A stretch of DNA of 64,000 bases from Amoebidium appalachense. Taxonomy: Eukaryota > Protista > Ichthyosporea. This document shows, in pieces, positions 41,961 to 56,437 of this stretch. The stretch spans positions 6,478,171-6,542,170 of the forward strand of contig CAVNZM010000009.1 of NCBI GenBank assembly GCA_963693365.1, in the 5' to 3' direction. The translations under genes and the position numbers were made by a program. How positions within the stretch are numbered: position 1 is the stretch's first letter; each line of letters opens with the position of its first letter. The notes beneath the pieces are model-generated. The model was not told the DNA's origin. It searched no databases and saw only the letters and a program-made list of their open reading frames with translations.

Positions 41961-43752
41961 GGGGGGGGGGGGGAGGATAATAAGTAGCCGCTAGCGGGGA
42001 GCTCGAGGGCCGGAAAAGGGGGGAGGGGGAAGGGTGGGTGGGTGTGGGGAGGGGGGGGGGGGGGGGGGGGAGGTCGGGGGAGGGGGGGGGAGGGCACCAC
42101 CCAATCTTTAGAACCTCCTCGAGCTAGGCCCTACCCGGGAGTGAATAAGAAGGGGAAACGTCAGAGACCCATGGAGGCAATCTGATTCAATTGAACTGCC
42201 AAGAAAAACCGCCGGCCGATGATGATGAGGCTGTCGCAGAGCAATATGTTCCTACAAAACACTGTGTTTTCTTGCTGCGCTTTGGTAAGTAGTATATTTT
42301 CTGTCTACATGGAAAATTTCAGCTCCATACGATGATTATAAAGGTACAAAACCCTTGTTCTTTGTCTAGAGAAGATGGGTTATAAACATTGAACGTCACC
42401 CTTACTAGCGATTTCCAAAAATTCCCGGGATACGAGAAGGGTAACTTTGAACGTCACCCTTCCAGCACTGGGGGTAAAGAGGCCTTGCTTGCAAGTCAGA
42501 GTAGGAGACTTGTGTCACATTCCTCAGGGTGCTCTTTCAACCAATCAAAACGTCACATAAAATATACAACGAATCAAAACGTTTCATTTTATCCTTTGTA
42601 CAACTTTCCGTCCCACAATCACACGGACGTCGCAAAGACACCCACCCCCTTTCTTTTCGCAGTTTCAAAGTTTGAAAGTTGACCCCTGGATTCCAATTTG
42701 GAGTAGTGTGCATGTGTCGTTGTTGCTGCTTTGAAAATTTCCAGGCAGAGGGATGGAAGGATATACGTGCTTGGTGTGCAGATTCTTACTGTCTCGGGCC
42801 CCGTTGCCTTCCTACAGCCAGACTGTTCTCACAGACACGTTTCTCATTATGCAGAGAAAAGAAAGCATATATCTATAAAATACAAAAAAAAAGTGGGAAT
42901 ACGTTTTTATAAAACAATAAGAAAAAGCAGGAATACTGCAACCGTTGGCACGTACTGACTGTGCCCTCTAGCCCATGTATACGCATAAATTGACGCTGGC
43001 TGAGTCAAGGGCAGGCGAGTCACGTGATCAGCCGCTCTCCGGGCGGCCTCGTCCCCTTGAAAAATAAGAGCTACCTCAGAAGGTAGCAGTGTTGCAACAG
43101 TGTGCCAGTGCCAAAGATTCCTTCTGATAGACTCATGCTTGCAGCGAAACCATAGACTTACACAGAAAAATCTGGTCAACACGAATTTTCAACACAGTAT
43201 ACGTAGGTACGGTACACTAACAATGCCATCTTAAAACAAACAAACGTGGACATTCAGTTGAGGAAAGTGTGGTAACAATATTCAATTGTAACTAAACACT
43301 GACAACGGTGCATGTGGAGAGGCACGTATGTACGTGTGTGAACCTGTAAACCTTCGTGTCGAGGTTGGGCTTCTAACATGTTTTCTGAGCATAACTCATA
43401 ATAAAGGGACAGTTATTATGCTCGGACTTTTGGCTGGTGTTTTTATTTTTGTTTCTGACATGTAATATATCCAGGGCCTCCTCTGGGAGTGCTTGTACGT
43501 TTGTTCTTTTCTGTTTCTGTGGGTGGGTGCATGGGTGGTGGATGAAAGATTTGAGCAGGCAGGGGCAGGGGTGTGGTGAAGGGAAGGTTGGGAGGGGAGG
43601 GGGGTGGAACTGTATACCCACAAAGGATTTGAGAGTCTCAAAGGGTGGATGGATATGGGGAAAGGGCTGGCACGCGGGAGGAGGGAAGCAAGGAGACAGA
43701 ACAGAAAAAGATTAGAAAGATGCGGGGGGGCGGGAGGAAAAAGGGGGTGGGT

Positions 43753-43785
<33 letters not shown>

Positions 43786-43930
43786 GACGGGGATGCGGAA
43801 GGGAAGAAGTGGATGAAAGGGAGGAGGGGAGGTCAATATGTGGACAGGGGTGAGGGGCAGGGGAGGTATCGAAAGGAGTAAGAGGGGCTGAAAAGACTGG
43901 TTGCGTGTTTGTGTGTGTGTTCGTGTGTTT

Positions 43931-43967
<37 letters not shown>

Positions 43968-45200
43968 GCGGGGGGGGCACCTCAAGTTTCCCAAATATCG
44001 TGTAGTATGGCCCACTAGTAGTGGGGTGGCTAAAATAGTCAACCCAAGGGTGGGGTAGCCAATCTGGTTGTTGGAGGGTAAGGGGTTGGGTGGGGTGGGG
44101 TGGGGTGGGTGGGTGGGTGGGTGGGTGGGTGGTGTGTGTGTGTGGGGGGGGGGGGATGGAGGGGAAGGGGGGGGCTGCTTGCGTATACGGTGCAGAACGT
44201 CGAAGGTTGGCCCTGTCTAACAGTGTGACAGGTATTTTCTTTTTATATGGCAGTGGTGTAATGAAAGGAGCTAGCCCTGAGCATCGACCAGCCGATACAT
44301 AGCATGCTATGCTGCCGCTCTTTGTGTATTGAGTTCCTTTCGGCTTCAAAGGTTCTCTAGCATTTCCTTCCCCCCATCCCCCCGTTAATGACCCCACACA
44401 CACACCACACACACATAACACTCTTCTGTTTCTTTCAGCACACCATGCTTTTCCGAAAGTAGGCAACACCTAATCAAAAACCCCATTGATCAGGGTCGGA
44501 GAGGATCAGTAAAGGGCTATGAGAACCCGGGAAGGGTGGGGGGGGGGGGAGGGGGGGGGGGGGGGGGAGGGGGGAGAGGAAATGGTACAGATGCATGAAA
44601 GTGGGCTGGGTGTTTTTCGTTTTTTTGTTTCTTTTTGGGGGGAAGGGGGGGGGGGGGGGGGGGGGGGGGGGGGAAGGGAGGGAGGGCTGGGGGTGTGTTT
44701 TTTTTGTTTTTTCCGGGGGGAGGGGGGAGGGGGGGGGGATGGGGAGAAGGGAGGGAGGGAGGGAGGGAGGAGGCAAATACTGGGGGGATGCAAAGACATT
44801 GCAGAGGACAGCGGAGAGCCCCTCCAGGAATGGTCTAATCTGAAAATTGTCCTTTCCAAGAGCATGGATGTAGAAGCTTCACCAATTTAAAGAGCCTGTC
44901 CAAAAAACATCATACTGGTATTGGCGTGTTGACTTGTTTAACAGCCACCCCAAATCAACCAGTGTCAATAGAAACAGGACTTACACACTTAAGAACAGTT
45001 CTTAAGAACTATGTACAGTTTTAGGCTACATCGCTTAAAATGCTTATATGCACTCAAATATGCTTCTTTAGCGCAGAACACACGCGCACAGCTATATGTT
45101 TTGCATGTCTTAGGTGAAACAATTCCTTGTGTTTGTGTTCCCCTCCGTTGCTACCCACCGTAAAGATAAACCGTTGCGTAAAGACCAGAAATTCACCGGC

Positions 45201-45569
45201 TCAATCTTTCTTGGCAGCAGCGGTACCTCTGGCTCCCTCCCTCCTCTTCCCACCCTTCACTAGCCGACCAAGGTAGCCGAACCCAAAGAAAAACACCAAC
45301 ACCCCCCAAGTAAGGGTGTTTCCGAGGGGGTATCCACGCGAAACGCACACACCGAACGCCAGAAGAGATTCACCCACATGTGCAATAACTGCAAAGTACC
45401 AGATGTAGGTGATTGCTGTGGTTGTGAGTCCAAGAGCGTCGGCTACAATCTTGAACACGGGAATGGGTGAGTAGTCGTGGTAGGCGAGGGTGTACACGTG
45501 TAGGAGGCCAAGGAAGATGGCGCTGAGGAGAAGGGCGGACGGGTGGCGAATGGGTAGTCCTTCGGCCAT
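45201..45569 (-). CDS. TMEM254-like (DUF4499) small membrane protein, 122 aa, intronless
   Basis: Three hydrophobic segments. AHVGESLLAFGVC...W...FFFGF..L resembles the TMEM254 HxGEx..A...C...W....FG..SL pattern. Confidence 0.75.
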   Translation of the reverse strand: MAEGLPIRHPSALLLSAIFLGLLHVYTLAYHDYSPIPVFKIVADALGLTTTAITYIWYFAVIAHVGESLLAFGVCVSRGYPLGNTLTWGVLVFFFGFGYLGRLVKGGKRREGARGTAAAKKD

Positions 45570-46367
45570 GGTGCCTGGTGCCTTTTTTACAACTCAGTGG
45601 TAGAGAAAAGGTGTAGATGATAGTTTCTTACAGGGGATGATTAACTACAGTCACAGAAGCAAACCAAAAAAAAAAAAAAGAGTACTGTACATTCTACACT
45701 GTGCACCGCCGCAGGGAACATGTGCTTTGTTCGTGGGCCTCGCTGGCTGCTAGTCTAAACGTGTTTACCCGATCCAAAGAGCTGCAAACAAGTGGGCCGG
45801 GGCCCGCCCAAGTGCCGATTGAGAACCATCCGCGAGGTCAAGCAACACACATTTCATTACTATATTGTTAGATATACCTATTAGAGAATTTTCAGCCTAT
45901 TAGTATGAATGTATAGCTGTATCAACCAATGCAACGAGCTTTGAAGTTGGAGAATAGAACCTTGACGTAAAATGTTGCGTACACAGTCTGCCTGTACAAA
46001 TGACGTCACACAACCACCTACAAGCAGATTAGGTTGGAATTTGTCACGGAGCAAACAACTTCACTCTGATTCGTGTAAGATATACCAATCAAATTCTAGA
46101 GTTGTTGAACTTGCAAACTGACATCTGATTGGGTGTTTTCTTCTGATGCGCGCTGATCCAATCAGATGCGCGTCTGGCTTTTTTGGTCATTTTGTTTGAC
46201 GCACCGTCTCCAGCCTGCAGGCTGCACGTACATACCTGTGCCCTAGGCGCCGGAATGTAGTAGAATATAGTCGGGAAAACTTGCCCCAATTATGATAAGG
46301 AAGCACCAAAAATTCCAATGAAAAGCAAGAGCCAGAGCTTTCTGGAAGGGCACCACTTTAAGCAGGG

Positions 46368-46375
46368 TATAAATA
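46368..46375 (+). promoter_or_regulatory. Candidate TATA box of the sugar transporter
   Basis: TATAAATA about 145 nt upstream of the likely ATG (46516). A CRE TGACGTCA lies at 46001-46008 in the same divergent intergenic region. Confidence 0.45.
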
Positions 46376-46515
46376 AAAGCCAGATATCTGGTTCCAACAA
46401 AACAATATTGTGGCAAGTTGATACATACTATCTTGCATACACACACACAGCTGCAGACACACGCACACACACACAACAAACTCCGCCCCGTACGTACGCT
46501 GTCATAGTATCAATC

Positions 46516-48018
46516 ATGGCAGATATGGGCGACAACAAGAAAGAAATCATCGGTGCCACAGGGGCCGAGGAGAGGGCCTTCAAAGACATCACCGGTGCGG
46601 GGACGGATGAGCGAGCACTCAGCGCTGGCTCGTCCGGAAAGGCACCAGTAACCCCCGTCCTAGTTATGGGTGTATGCCTCGCTGTTATGCAATCCTTGAA
46701 CTTTGGTCTGGGTATCGGCCTGGTCAACCTTTCCGCCCCAGCAGTGCAGAAGGTACTTGGGTTGGGCTCCTACAACGCTGCAAACGCGTGGGTGCAAAAT
46801 GCCGACCAGGAGTTTGTCTGGTCTTGGGTCGTGTCCATCTTCGCCGTCGGCGGTGTTATCGGCGGTATAGCCGGAGGTCCCATCACTGCACGCCTTGGCC
46901 CCAAACGTACACAGTTGGCGAATAACGTTTTCTTTATTGCCTCCGCGCTGCTTCAGGCCCTTGCCGTCAACCCTGGAATGATGATGGTCGGTCGTATTTT
47001 CTGCGGTATTGCCGCGGGAATCCTCTGCGCCGCGGTTCCCATGTGGGTGTCTGAGTGCTCGCCGGACCACGTGCGTGGTGCGTTTGGTGTTTTCCACCAA
47101 TTGGCTGTCACCATCGGCATTCTTCTCGCGGCGCTTTTGGGCATGCAGGCCGTGTGCGGCAATGAGTCACACTGGTGGGTTCTTTACGGTTTCGCCATCA
47201 TCCCCTCGGCCATCCACCTTCTTGGTTTTTGGTTCATGCCGGATTCACCCCGTTTCCTCTACTCCTCCGGTGATGTTGAAGGTGCCCAGGCCGCTCTCTG
47301 CCGTCTTCGTGGTCCCAAGTATGATGTGAGTGCTGAGATTGAGGTGATGCGCGCCGAAGCCGCCGCGCAGAAGGAATCAGGCGCTCTTGGTACGTGGGAT
47401 GCCGTGAAGGCCATCTTCACCCCTCAGTACAAGAGACAGACAATGATTGCTATCGGTCTTCAGATCTCGCAGCAGATGTCCGGTATTAACGCGATTATGT
47501 TCTACTCCGGCTCCATCTTCCAGGCTGCGGGTTTTGAGAACGGCGAGCTCGCTACCATTCTCGTTAACGTCATCAACGTCTTGGCCACCGTCGCGTGCGT
47601 TCCTCTGATTGAGCGCGCAGGCCGCCGCGGTCTCTCGCTCGGTGGGTTTGGGTGCATGGCTATCTTCCACGCTCTCTTTGGTATCGCAATGGTTTTCGGC
47701 TGGCAGGGAGCCTCTATCGCGTTCATGCTTTTGGGTGTCATTTCTTTCGCCGTTGGTCCCGGCCCCATCCCTTGGATGATTACCGCCGAGATTTTCCCCG
47801 CGTCGGTTCGTGGTGGTGCTGTAGGTACCGCTGTGTTTACCAACTGGCTGTTTACTTTTGCCGTTGGTATGTTTTTCCCTCCCCTTCAGAAGGGTCTTCA
47901 GGAGTACACGTTCTTCTTCTTCTGCGCGTGGACCGTCGTTATCTCGGTGTTTATCTTCTTTGTTGTCCCTGAGACAAAGGGTAAGAGCGGCGCGGAGATT
48001 CAGCAGATGTTTGAGTAG
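46516..48018 (+). CDS. MFS sugar porter, SLC2A/GLUT class-I-like hexose transporter, intronless, ~500 aa
   Basis: 12-TM pattern with PDSPRFL, QISQQMSGINAIMFYS, ERAGRR, GPGPIPWMITAEIFP and VPETKG. The start is placed at MADMG because the ORF-track extension spans a TATA-like box and (CA)n. Confidence 0.95.
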   Translation: MADMGDNKKEIIGATGAEERAFKDITGAGTDERALSAGSSGKAPVTPVLVMGVCLAVMQSLNFGLGIGLVNLSAPAVQKVLGLGSYNAANAWVQNADQEFVWSWVVSIFAVGGVIGGIAGGPITARLGPKRTQLANNVFFIASALLQALAVNPGMMMVGRIFCGIAAGILCAAVPMWVSECSPDHVRGAFGVFHQLAVTIGILLAALLGMQAVCGNESHWWVLYGFAIIPSAIHLLGFWFMPDSPRFLYSSGDVEGAQAALCRLRGPKYDVSAEIEVMRAEAAAQKESGALGTWDAVKAIFTPQYKRQTMIAIGLQISQQMSGINAIMFYSGSIFQAAGFENGELATILVNVINVLATVACVPLIERAGRRGLSLGGFGCMAIFHALFGIAMVFGWQGASIAFMLLGVISFAVGPGPIPWMITAEIFPASVRGGAVGTAVFTNWLFTFAVGMFFPPLQKGLQEYTFFFFCAWTVVISVFIFFVVPETKGKSGAEIQQMFE

Positions 48019-48353
48019 AAAGTTTTTTTTTTTTTTTTTTCCCTGGTACCCGAATGACCCTAAAAATATATGGTTATGATCATAGATGGTACTAAATGAT
48101 CTTTCTGAAAGGTATTTTTCTTCTCTGGGATAATTCGAATTTTTTATTGTTGGGCCTAGCGACCCACACCTTTTCTAGCACCATGTATTAGGTGCACCTG
48201 TGATGTGTAAATAAGAATATTGTGTTTGTGCAGACACTTAATTTGCACCGTAATTGCATCCGCCGACCTCACACGTGCCGGTTCACTGTGTGGACGGATA
48301 TCCTTTTAGTAACCTTTTCACATTTAAGGGCCTACCCCTTCCTTCCTCCCCCC

Positions 48354-48384
<31 letters not shown>

Positions 48385-48491
48385 AAAAACTCCCTACCCC
48401 CACAAAATACCTCCCTTCTTCCCCTAAACACCCACAACCCCACGTCACTTCCAAATTGATCCCCCCCCCCCCCCCCCCCCCTCCCCCTTCC

Positions 48492-48523
<32 letters not shown>

Positions 48524-48694
48524 AAAAAAAAAACAACCACCCACCCCAACGCACACGCGCACACACACATGCACACACACATGTGCGCTCCCAAAAAACT
48601 CACACAAAACTCACACAAAGAAAAAACACACACACCGTGACACGGTGACACACAAACACACACAAACATACGCGCGCGTGCACACACGCACACT

Positions 48695-48765
<71 letters not shown>

Positions 48766-48893
48766 AAAACCACAAACACATCCCCCCCTCCCCCCTCCCC
48801 CCCCCCCCTCTCCCCCCCCCCCCCCACACACACACCGTGGCCACACCACACAATCAAGCACACACATGCACACATACACACACACACACACAC

Positions 48894-48997
<104 letters not shown>

Positions 48998-49759
48998 GCT
49001 CTCTCTCTCTCACTCACTCTCTCAAACACACAAACAAGAACACACATCGCACACAGCTTGCGCACACACACAGACACACACACACACACACCGTGGCCAC
49101 ACTCACACACACAAACACATCCCATGGACACACACACACAGACACATATACAAACACAAATACATGCGCACACACGTGTGCGTGCGCGCACGCACACACA
49201 CACACAAACACCGGCACAAACACACACACGCACACACCCCAAACGTGCGCACACACACTCACACACACACACAAACCACCATCAAAACTATTACACTCAA
49301 GTTTCTTTCAAACTTGTCATCACATGTACAAACAGGACTTGAGTAACCTTTTCTGTCCCCCTCCCCCTCCGCCCCCCCCCCTCCTCCCCTCCCCCCCCCC
49401 CCCCCCCCTCCCCGCCCCCCTCCTGCCACCAGAAACGTTTGCCCCTAGAATTTCGTGCTGGAAAATGTCCTCTTATTTATTGAAGGATTGGGGGGTGTTA
49501 GGAGCTCTTTAGCCCCAGATACTTATGGCGGTATACAACGTGTGTTTGCGTTTTTGTCAATTGTTTTTTAGCACGTTTTAGGCAGTCAAAGACGGTCGGC
49601 CTCATGATTTGCCCCCTCAAATCCTCGTGACACTGTGACGGTGAGCGGGGAGAGGGGGGGGGAGAGAGGAAAAGGGGGGGGGGGGGGGGGGGGGAGAGAG
49701 GGGGGGGGGGGGGGGAGGGGGTGGAGGGAGGAAGGGGATAGGGAAGGAGGGGGTGGGGT

Positions 49760-49791
<32 letters not shown>

Positions 49792-50572
49792 TCATGGGAG
49801 TGGAAGCTGGGATCGTTTCAGTTTCGGCTTAGAGCCTTTTTCTTCCGTCAAAGAAACGTATCAACAGGCCAAATGTATTTCGGAAAACCAAAACTCCATT
49901 TCAAAGGAGACCAAGTAGCCAAATACTTAGCCTAGTAGTCTAGGGGTCAAGCACTTCCCGCATTGCGTGCGCATGCAAATGCTTCCTCAATGGTACTTGT
50001 ATGTTTTTTGGAGAGAAAAGCCTACCCCCCCCCCCCCCCACCACCACCACCACCACCACCCTCACCCCCACCCCTTCCCCTCCTCCCTCCCTCCCCCCTT
50101 CCTCGTCATCCCTCCTTTCCCCTCCCCCTACACCATCACCACCACGATTCCCTGCTCCATCTCAACCCCCTTCGAATACCACTACCACCACCATCCACCT
50201 ACCAACCAGCCCATCCACCCACCCATTTTTTCACGTCCGTCTCCACAGTCACTAAAAAAAATGTCCTCTGTGGCTTTGAAGCTTTCCCTACCTATGTCCT
50301 ATTAACATCACCTTTCTTTCTCTGCACCATTTCCTTTTTTCTTGTGGCCCGGCACCAACCCAAAGCAGCCCCCAAAACTACCATTAGCTAAAATCCCCCT
50401 ATGTTTTCGACCTTTTTCTTCCCATGTCTTACTATTTTCCAACCACCATGACATAGCTGTTCACTGTTGTGGCACCCACCCCCCCTTCCCCCCCCCCCCC
50501 CCCCCCCTTAAGACACACACACGCACACACACATACGCACACACACATAGTATATATACACACACACAAGCA

Positions 50573-50669
<97 letters not shown>

Positions 50670-51314
50670 CCAAAAACCCTGGTAACTATGTACCACCACT
50701 TCCCCTATAGTGCCATCACACAATCCTTGCTTTCCCCAATTCCCATTGAGAGAAAGACAAAGCAAATTCAAAAAAAAGAAAAGAATGGGCAGAGTGGCAC
50801 GTAGAAAAGGAGAGGATACGAGGGGACTGGAAGGGTGGGTGGGGGGGGGGGGGGGGGGGGGGGGGAGGAGAGGAATAGGGAGGCAGGGAGGGGAAGGGAG
50901 GAGAGGGGCGGAAGAGAGAGAGGAAGGGGGAAGGAGGACGAGGAGGGGGCAGGGGAAGGGAAGGCGGGGAGGAGGGAGGGGGGTGCATTCGAGGAGCCTG
51001 AACAGTTGGAGTTGGGAAAATCCGTGACAGCTTGTACTACTGGGGTCACGGTGGTTGCGCGTGTTTGTGCTCTTGTGTGCTGTGTGTGTGTGCCCCCCCC
51101 TTCCCTCTTTCTTTTTCGTTGTTTTTTTTTTTTTTTTTTTTTTTGTGGGGGGGGGGGGGGGGGGGGGGGGAGGCTCAGCTACTGTATAAGTGGAAGAAGG
51201 TGCCGTGTTTGTTTCCCTTTAAACTGCCTGTGTTTCCCTTTTCTTTTTTTTTTAATAATTATTTTCATTTATAATTTTGGTTTAGTGTTCTAAGGTTTTT
51301 GTTCTCAGGCTTTT

Positions 51315-51353
<39 letters not shown>

Positions 51354-51746
51354 TCTATTGGCTGTTTCGTCGGAGATGGAGGAAGGGTGTGGCGGGAGAA
51401 GGGATTGGGGGGGGGGGGGGGGGGGAGAGGGGGAGGGGAGGCCAAGGGGGGAGGTGGGAAGCGTGCACTTCAAGTAGACGTCCATTTTGATATTGCTATG
51501 TCACGTGCACGGGCACATACAAGGTTAAGTGATGCACCGGGGGTAAAGGGAAACATAAAAAGTAAACAAGCGGTGATTTCTTCGACCTAAACCACATTAT
51601 GGTGTCTCGAACAATTGCACGGGTTCTGAGTAATCAGTGTTTTGCAACGGTTAATGACCCCCCCCCCCCCCCCCCCCCCTCCCCCCTTCTTCCCCAGCCC
51701 CTTATACACACACACGCGTGCGCGCGCACACACACGCACATGCACA

Positions 51747-51778
<32 letters not shown>

Positions 51779-51812
51779 CACGCACACACACACACACACA
51801 CGCACGCACACA

Positions 51813-51856
<44 letters not shown>

Positions 51857-52617
51857 CACACACATTAACATGATCTTCTTTAGTTATGCACATAACCAGA
51901 AACGAGCAATTAGGGGGGGGGGACAGGGAGGGGGAAGGGAAAAAAGGTGGTTATTCCCCCCCCCCCCCCCCCCCTCCACCCCCCCCCCCCCTCGCGGCCG
52001 CCCCCGCCAGTTTTGCCCCACAGCAACCTCACATTTCTGCAAACACAGCTTCAAAGTGATCGGTACGATCTATCCAGCCTTCCCCCCCTCAAAGCCCTCC
52101 CCCCTCCTCCCCCCTCTCGTCCCTCCTTCCCCATCCCTCCCCCCTCCTCCCCCCGCCCACACACACGTACAAACACACACGTACAAAAACGCGGACACAT
52201 ACCTGCACACACGCGCGCGCGTGCGTGCCCAGACACAGGCTGAGTGTCACATGTGTTGCAAACACTGAAGATCACGAAATCCCCCCCCCCCCCCTCCCCC
52301 CCCCCCCCCCCCTCCCCGAGGTAAAACACACACACACACATACACGCACGCACACACGCACAGACCCGTGCGCACACACACACAAGCACAGGCGCTGCAG
52401 CGCGCGCGCACACACACACACAGTGCCACGCGTCACACACACATGCATATGCAGCACTGATCATGAGGATCACAATCTGCCCCCCCCCCTCCCCCATACA
52501 CGTACATGCGCATGCGCACGCACGCACGCACACACACACACACCCACACACACACACAGGTACACACACCATGAGCATACATACACACGCACAGACACAC
52601 ACACAGAAACACCTTGG

Positions 52618-52657
<40 letters not shown>

Positions 52658-52683
52658 CCGTACACACACACACACACACACAC

Positions 52684-52831
<148 letters not shown>

Positions 52832-53774
52832 CGCACAGGAAAAGCGACGACCACACTCACGTGAAAGGAAACATCACTCTACCGGTATGCACCCTGTATG
52901 CACCTTGTCGGCCTTGTCCCACCACCTCCACATGTACAGCTCGTTCCGGCCTTCCTGCTCCACGCACAGGCTTTAGGTAGTACTACACTACTGTACCTAA
53001 GTATGTTTCAGTCTTTGTTGCGGCCTCGGCAAGAGTGCTCGTTGACTCATGTCCATGCATAAGTACACGACCACGACCACGTGCTGCACGTGGCAGTAAT
53101 CCCCCCTTGTAAGCTGCAGCCGCTGGGAACACGGGAATGTGCGGTGACCCTGTGTACATGGCCACCACTTGATCACCATCTATCGTACTGTATGTGCGAA
53201 CTTGTTTATGCTGCGACATGGGGTTTAGAAGCACTTCTAGATACTCAGTTTTATTATACAATATGTATGTATTTTAGCTACAGGTCCTAATACATCAACA
53301 TTCAGCAAGTTGTATAGAATCAAGTAGAGAAAAGTAAAATAAGGTGATAAGGTCAATGGATCATACAGAATCTAGATGATCCATTCAATTATTACAATGA
53401 GATTTGCGCCCAATCACGCAACAGAATACTTTCAATAACAAATTTTTTTGGCACAATATGATTGGGGTATTTTATTGCAGCTATTGTTAACCAATCACAA
53501 AAGGATATAACACAAAGCAAAAGCCAATCTTTCCTCTTGAAATGTGATCAACTACCAATGACAGCGCACCAAGTAACAACCCCGAAAAGTATATAAACAC
53601 TTTGCTCCATTCAAACTTGCTGGCACAGGTCGCAATCGGAAGTTCAACGAACGGAACGCACAGAGGTGCACCTTTGAACAGCACCACGGCCCTCAGCACG
53701 CTCGAAACGAAAGGCAACTCTATTGTTATTCATATTCATTTTTTGTGTGTGATCGCACCCACTTTACCACCAAA

Positions 53775-54869
53775 ATGGCACAGTCACTAAAATTTAGGGG
53801 GGCTACACACACGCCGGAAACAGCGACAATACAACACAAAACGAGGCCACGAACCTCCTCCATCACGCTCATGCACCCCACTCAAACAGGAGACCAATAC
53901 CTTACGCTTCTTGGCTCCGATTACCTCCCTTTTGGTTTCCCCACCCTTCGTCACGCGCTAAACACAGTGATTCTGAAAACACACGAAGATGCGGTCGCCC
54001 TTCTTGCCTTTTTCTGGGCGGAATCCAAGCACGCGGCCGTGAAAATCCTGCGGAAGTCGGGTAAATTCAGCGCCGTTGTGTTTGCGCTTATGATGGTGCC
54101 CGTTATTATTATGCTGTCCAGCGCCATCCTAAACTTCCCTAGGTTTCACGTGCATGGCCGGTGGTGTGGGCCTGGCAAGGGCTGGCTGGAAAATGACCCA
54201 CAGCAACTACCACCCATCGATCAACGTAAGTGTTTTTTGGTTTTTTTTCCTCCATTTTTCGCTCTACCTCTCCGTTTCGTTTTTCTTCCCTTCCCCGAGC
54301 ACATGCGCTTACCGAAGCTCTTGTGTTTCTATATTATGCACTTCAGGTAGAATATTCTAATAGTATTCTTTCACCATGCAAAGTGCGTGACAAATTCTGT
54401 GTGTTCTTGACGATTTGTACATAGATAACTAACAGTTTTTCTCCATACAGTTGACGATACATGCCGCACGCACGACATCTGCTACGAGCAGCAAGGAACC
54501 ATGAGCTGTGAGTGTGACAGCTATCTCCTTAACGTTCTCGACACACAATACTTCAACTCTTCTTCCCCGGATTATCTTCACTCTATGGAGGACAAACGTA
54601 AACCCGCCGTACTCAAATTCATGCGCAAAGTATTTGGCAGCGCGCCATGCAACGGGTGCAAGCGAACGGTGACAAAGATCTGCGGGGTTAAATGCGACTC
54701 TTCTATTAACCCATTTAGCTGCTCGTTTGAGTGGTGCGAGAAAGAGGAATCTTACCTGGGCACAGCTGGAAAATGCGAGGTTCCCTTCAAGTTTTGGAAT
54801 ACTATGTGGCCATTCTATTCCGGATGGGTGGATTATTTTATGTTCCCGGCTGACACCTTTGAATACTGA
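53775..54869 (+). CDS. Secretory-type phospholipase A2-like protein with N-terminal membrane anchor, 2 exons, ~289 aa
   Basis: Exons 53775-54225 and 54451-54869 (gtaagt...ctaac...cag) join to give HGRWCGPG (Ca-binding loop)...PIDQLDDTCRTHDICY (His-Asp dyad)...CECD, then a Cys-rich tail. A hydrophobic segment precedes the domain. The start codon is uncertain. Confidence 0.85.
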
Positions 54870-56388
54870 ATGAATGTTTGGGTTTTTATTTTTTTATTTA
54901 TTTTTTCTTCTTTTTTTTCTCTCTGTTTACTCCAGGCACATGTTTGGATCATTCCGGTATATTTGTTTGAGTAATTTTCACGAATGTCGAACGAAAACAT
55001 TGTATGAATGATGTCCTTCGCACGACCATACAGCTCCTAAGGACCTAGCAGAATCTAATGCTATGGTTATGTAATCTCGTAATCGGGTTTTTGTGCCCAA
55101 AATTAGGATTTTTATGGTTTCAAAAATTAGGATATTTGTTGTGTGCACAAAGAAGTGCTCGGCCCTGCTCGGGTAGTCGTAATTTCACCCAACCCCCAAA
55201 ACGAGAAATAAGATCTAGAAGTGATACTCCCCGTAATTCCATGTTCGGTATCAGGATATAACGCCTTTTGCCGCTTATTCCACTGAGCAATAAATAGGTT
55301 TCATCCTAGCACAGCCTGAAAGAAAGGCTGGAAAGAAGTAAAGCCTGAGATCGTGCTGGCCACTTGCGTAGCTTTGACCCCCCCCCCCCCCCCCCCCCCC
55401 AAACCACCACCACCACCACCACCACCAAAAAAAAAAAAAGAAAGAAAGAAAGAAAGGGGAAAAAAAAAGGAAAAGAAAAGAAAAAGAAGAAAAAAAAAAT
55501 CTGTGTGTGTGTGGGAGGGGGGGGGGGGGAGGGGGAGGGGAAGAGAAGAAAAGAATTTGGCCAGACACCACGCACACACACACACCACCACCACCATCAC
55601 CGTCTCCATCACAATGCACATGAAATAAAAAGGAACCCGTACTAATAACTCTTTGACTCCTCAACTCCTTATGCAGCCCCCCCCCCCCCCCCCCCCCCCT
55701 CCCCCCACCCACCCACCCACCCTCCCCCCTCTGCACCACCACCACCGCCGCTACCGTCGTCGCCGCCCACTCCCCTCAATATTTCCCCAGTACACACACA
55801 CAAGCCCAGACGCACACGCGCACACACATGTGCACGCCCCCCCCCCACACACAAACGGACTCTCTCTCTCCCCCTGGATGTTCTCTCTTTCTCTCTCACG
55901 GTCCCCCCCCCCCTCCCCCTTCCTCCCTCTCTCCCCCTTCTTTCTCACTCGTACCCCCCTCCAACCCTCTTAGACGCATATTCAACCCATATTGTCGATA
56001 TTTAACACCTTTGTGCCACCGACAACCTCTTTATCCCTTTTTTTCCGCTTAAAAATTACACAAATTAAACCCCAACACAAGACCTCCTCCCATTTCGCCT
56101 CTCTCATTTCCTCCAATCCTCCCCCTCCAACCCTCCCCACCCTAGCCCCCCCCCCCCCCTCCCCCCCTCCCGCCCCCACCCTCTCCACTAGCCTCCCCCC
56201 CCCTCCCCCCGCCCCCAGCTCCCCTCCCCTTAAAGTCACAACTCGGCCACATTTCCTCAGTTTCCCGATGCTTTTCCTCTGCCCCTTTAGTGTGTCATTT
56301 CCCTACCTTCCCCTCGTACCGTGTATTTATATGTTCTCTTGTAGGTTATACATGTTATGTTATCCACTTTCCCTCTCCCTCACACACA

Positions 56389-56437
<49 letters not shown>

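Noticed and set aside
42160-44890. Isolated exon-like segments (42164-42283 with a gtaagt donor; 44790-44890)
   Set aside because: No consistent gene model or recognisable motif.
46318-46515. 66-aa N-terminal extension of the GLUT ORF
   Set aside because: It overlaps a TATA-like box and a (CA)n tract, and the transporter-like sequence begins near MADMG.
52859-53261. Minus-strand ORF with one in-frame TAG followed by ~40 more open codons
   Set aside because: No recognisable domain, so it cannot be distinguished from chance or a decayed gene.
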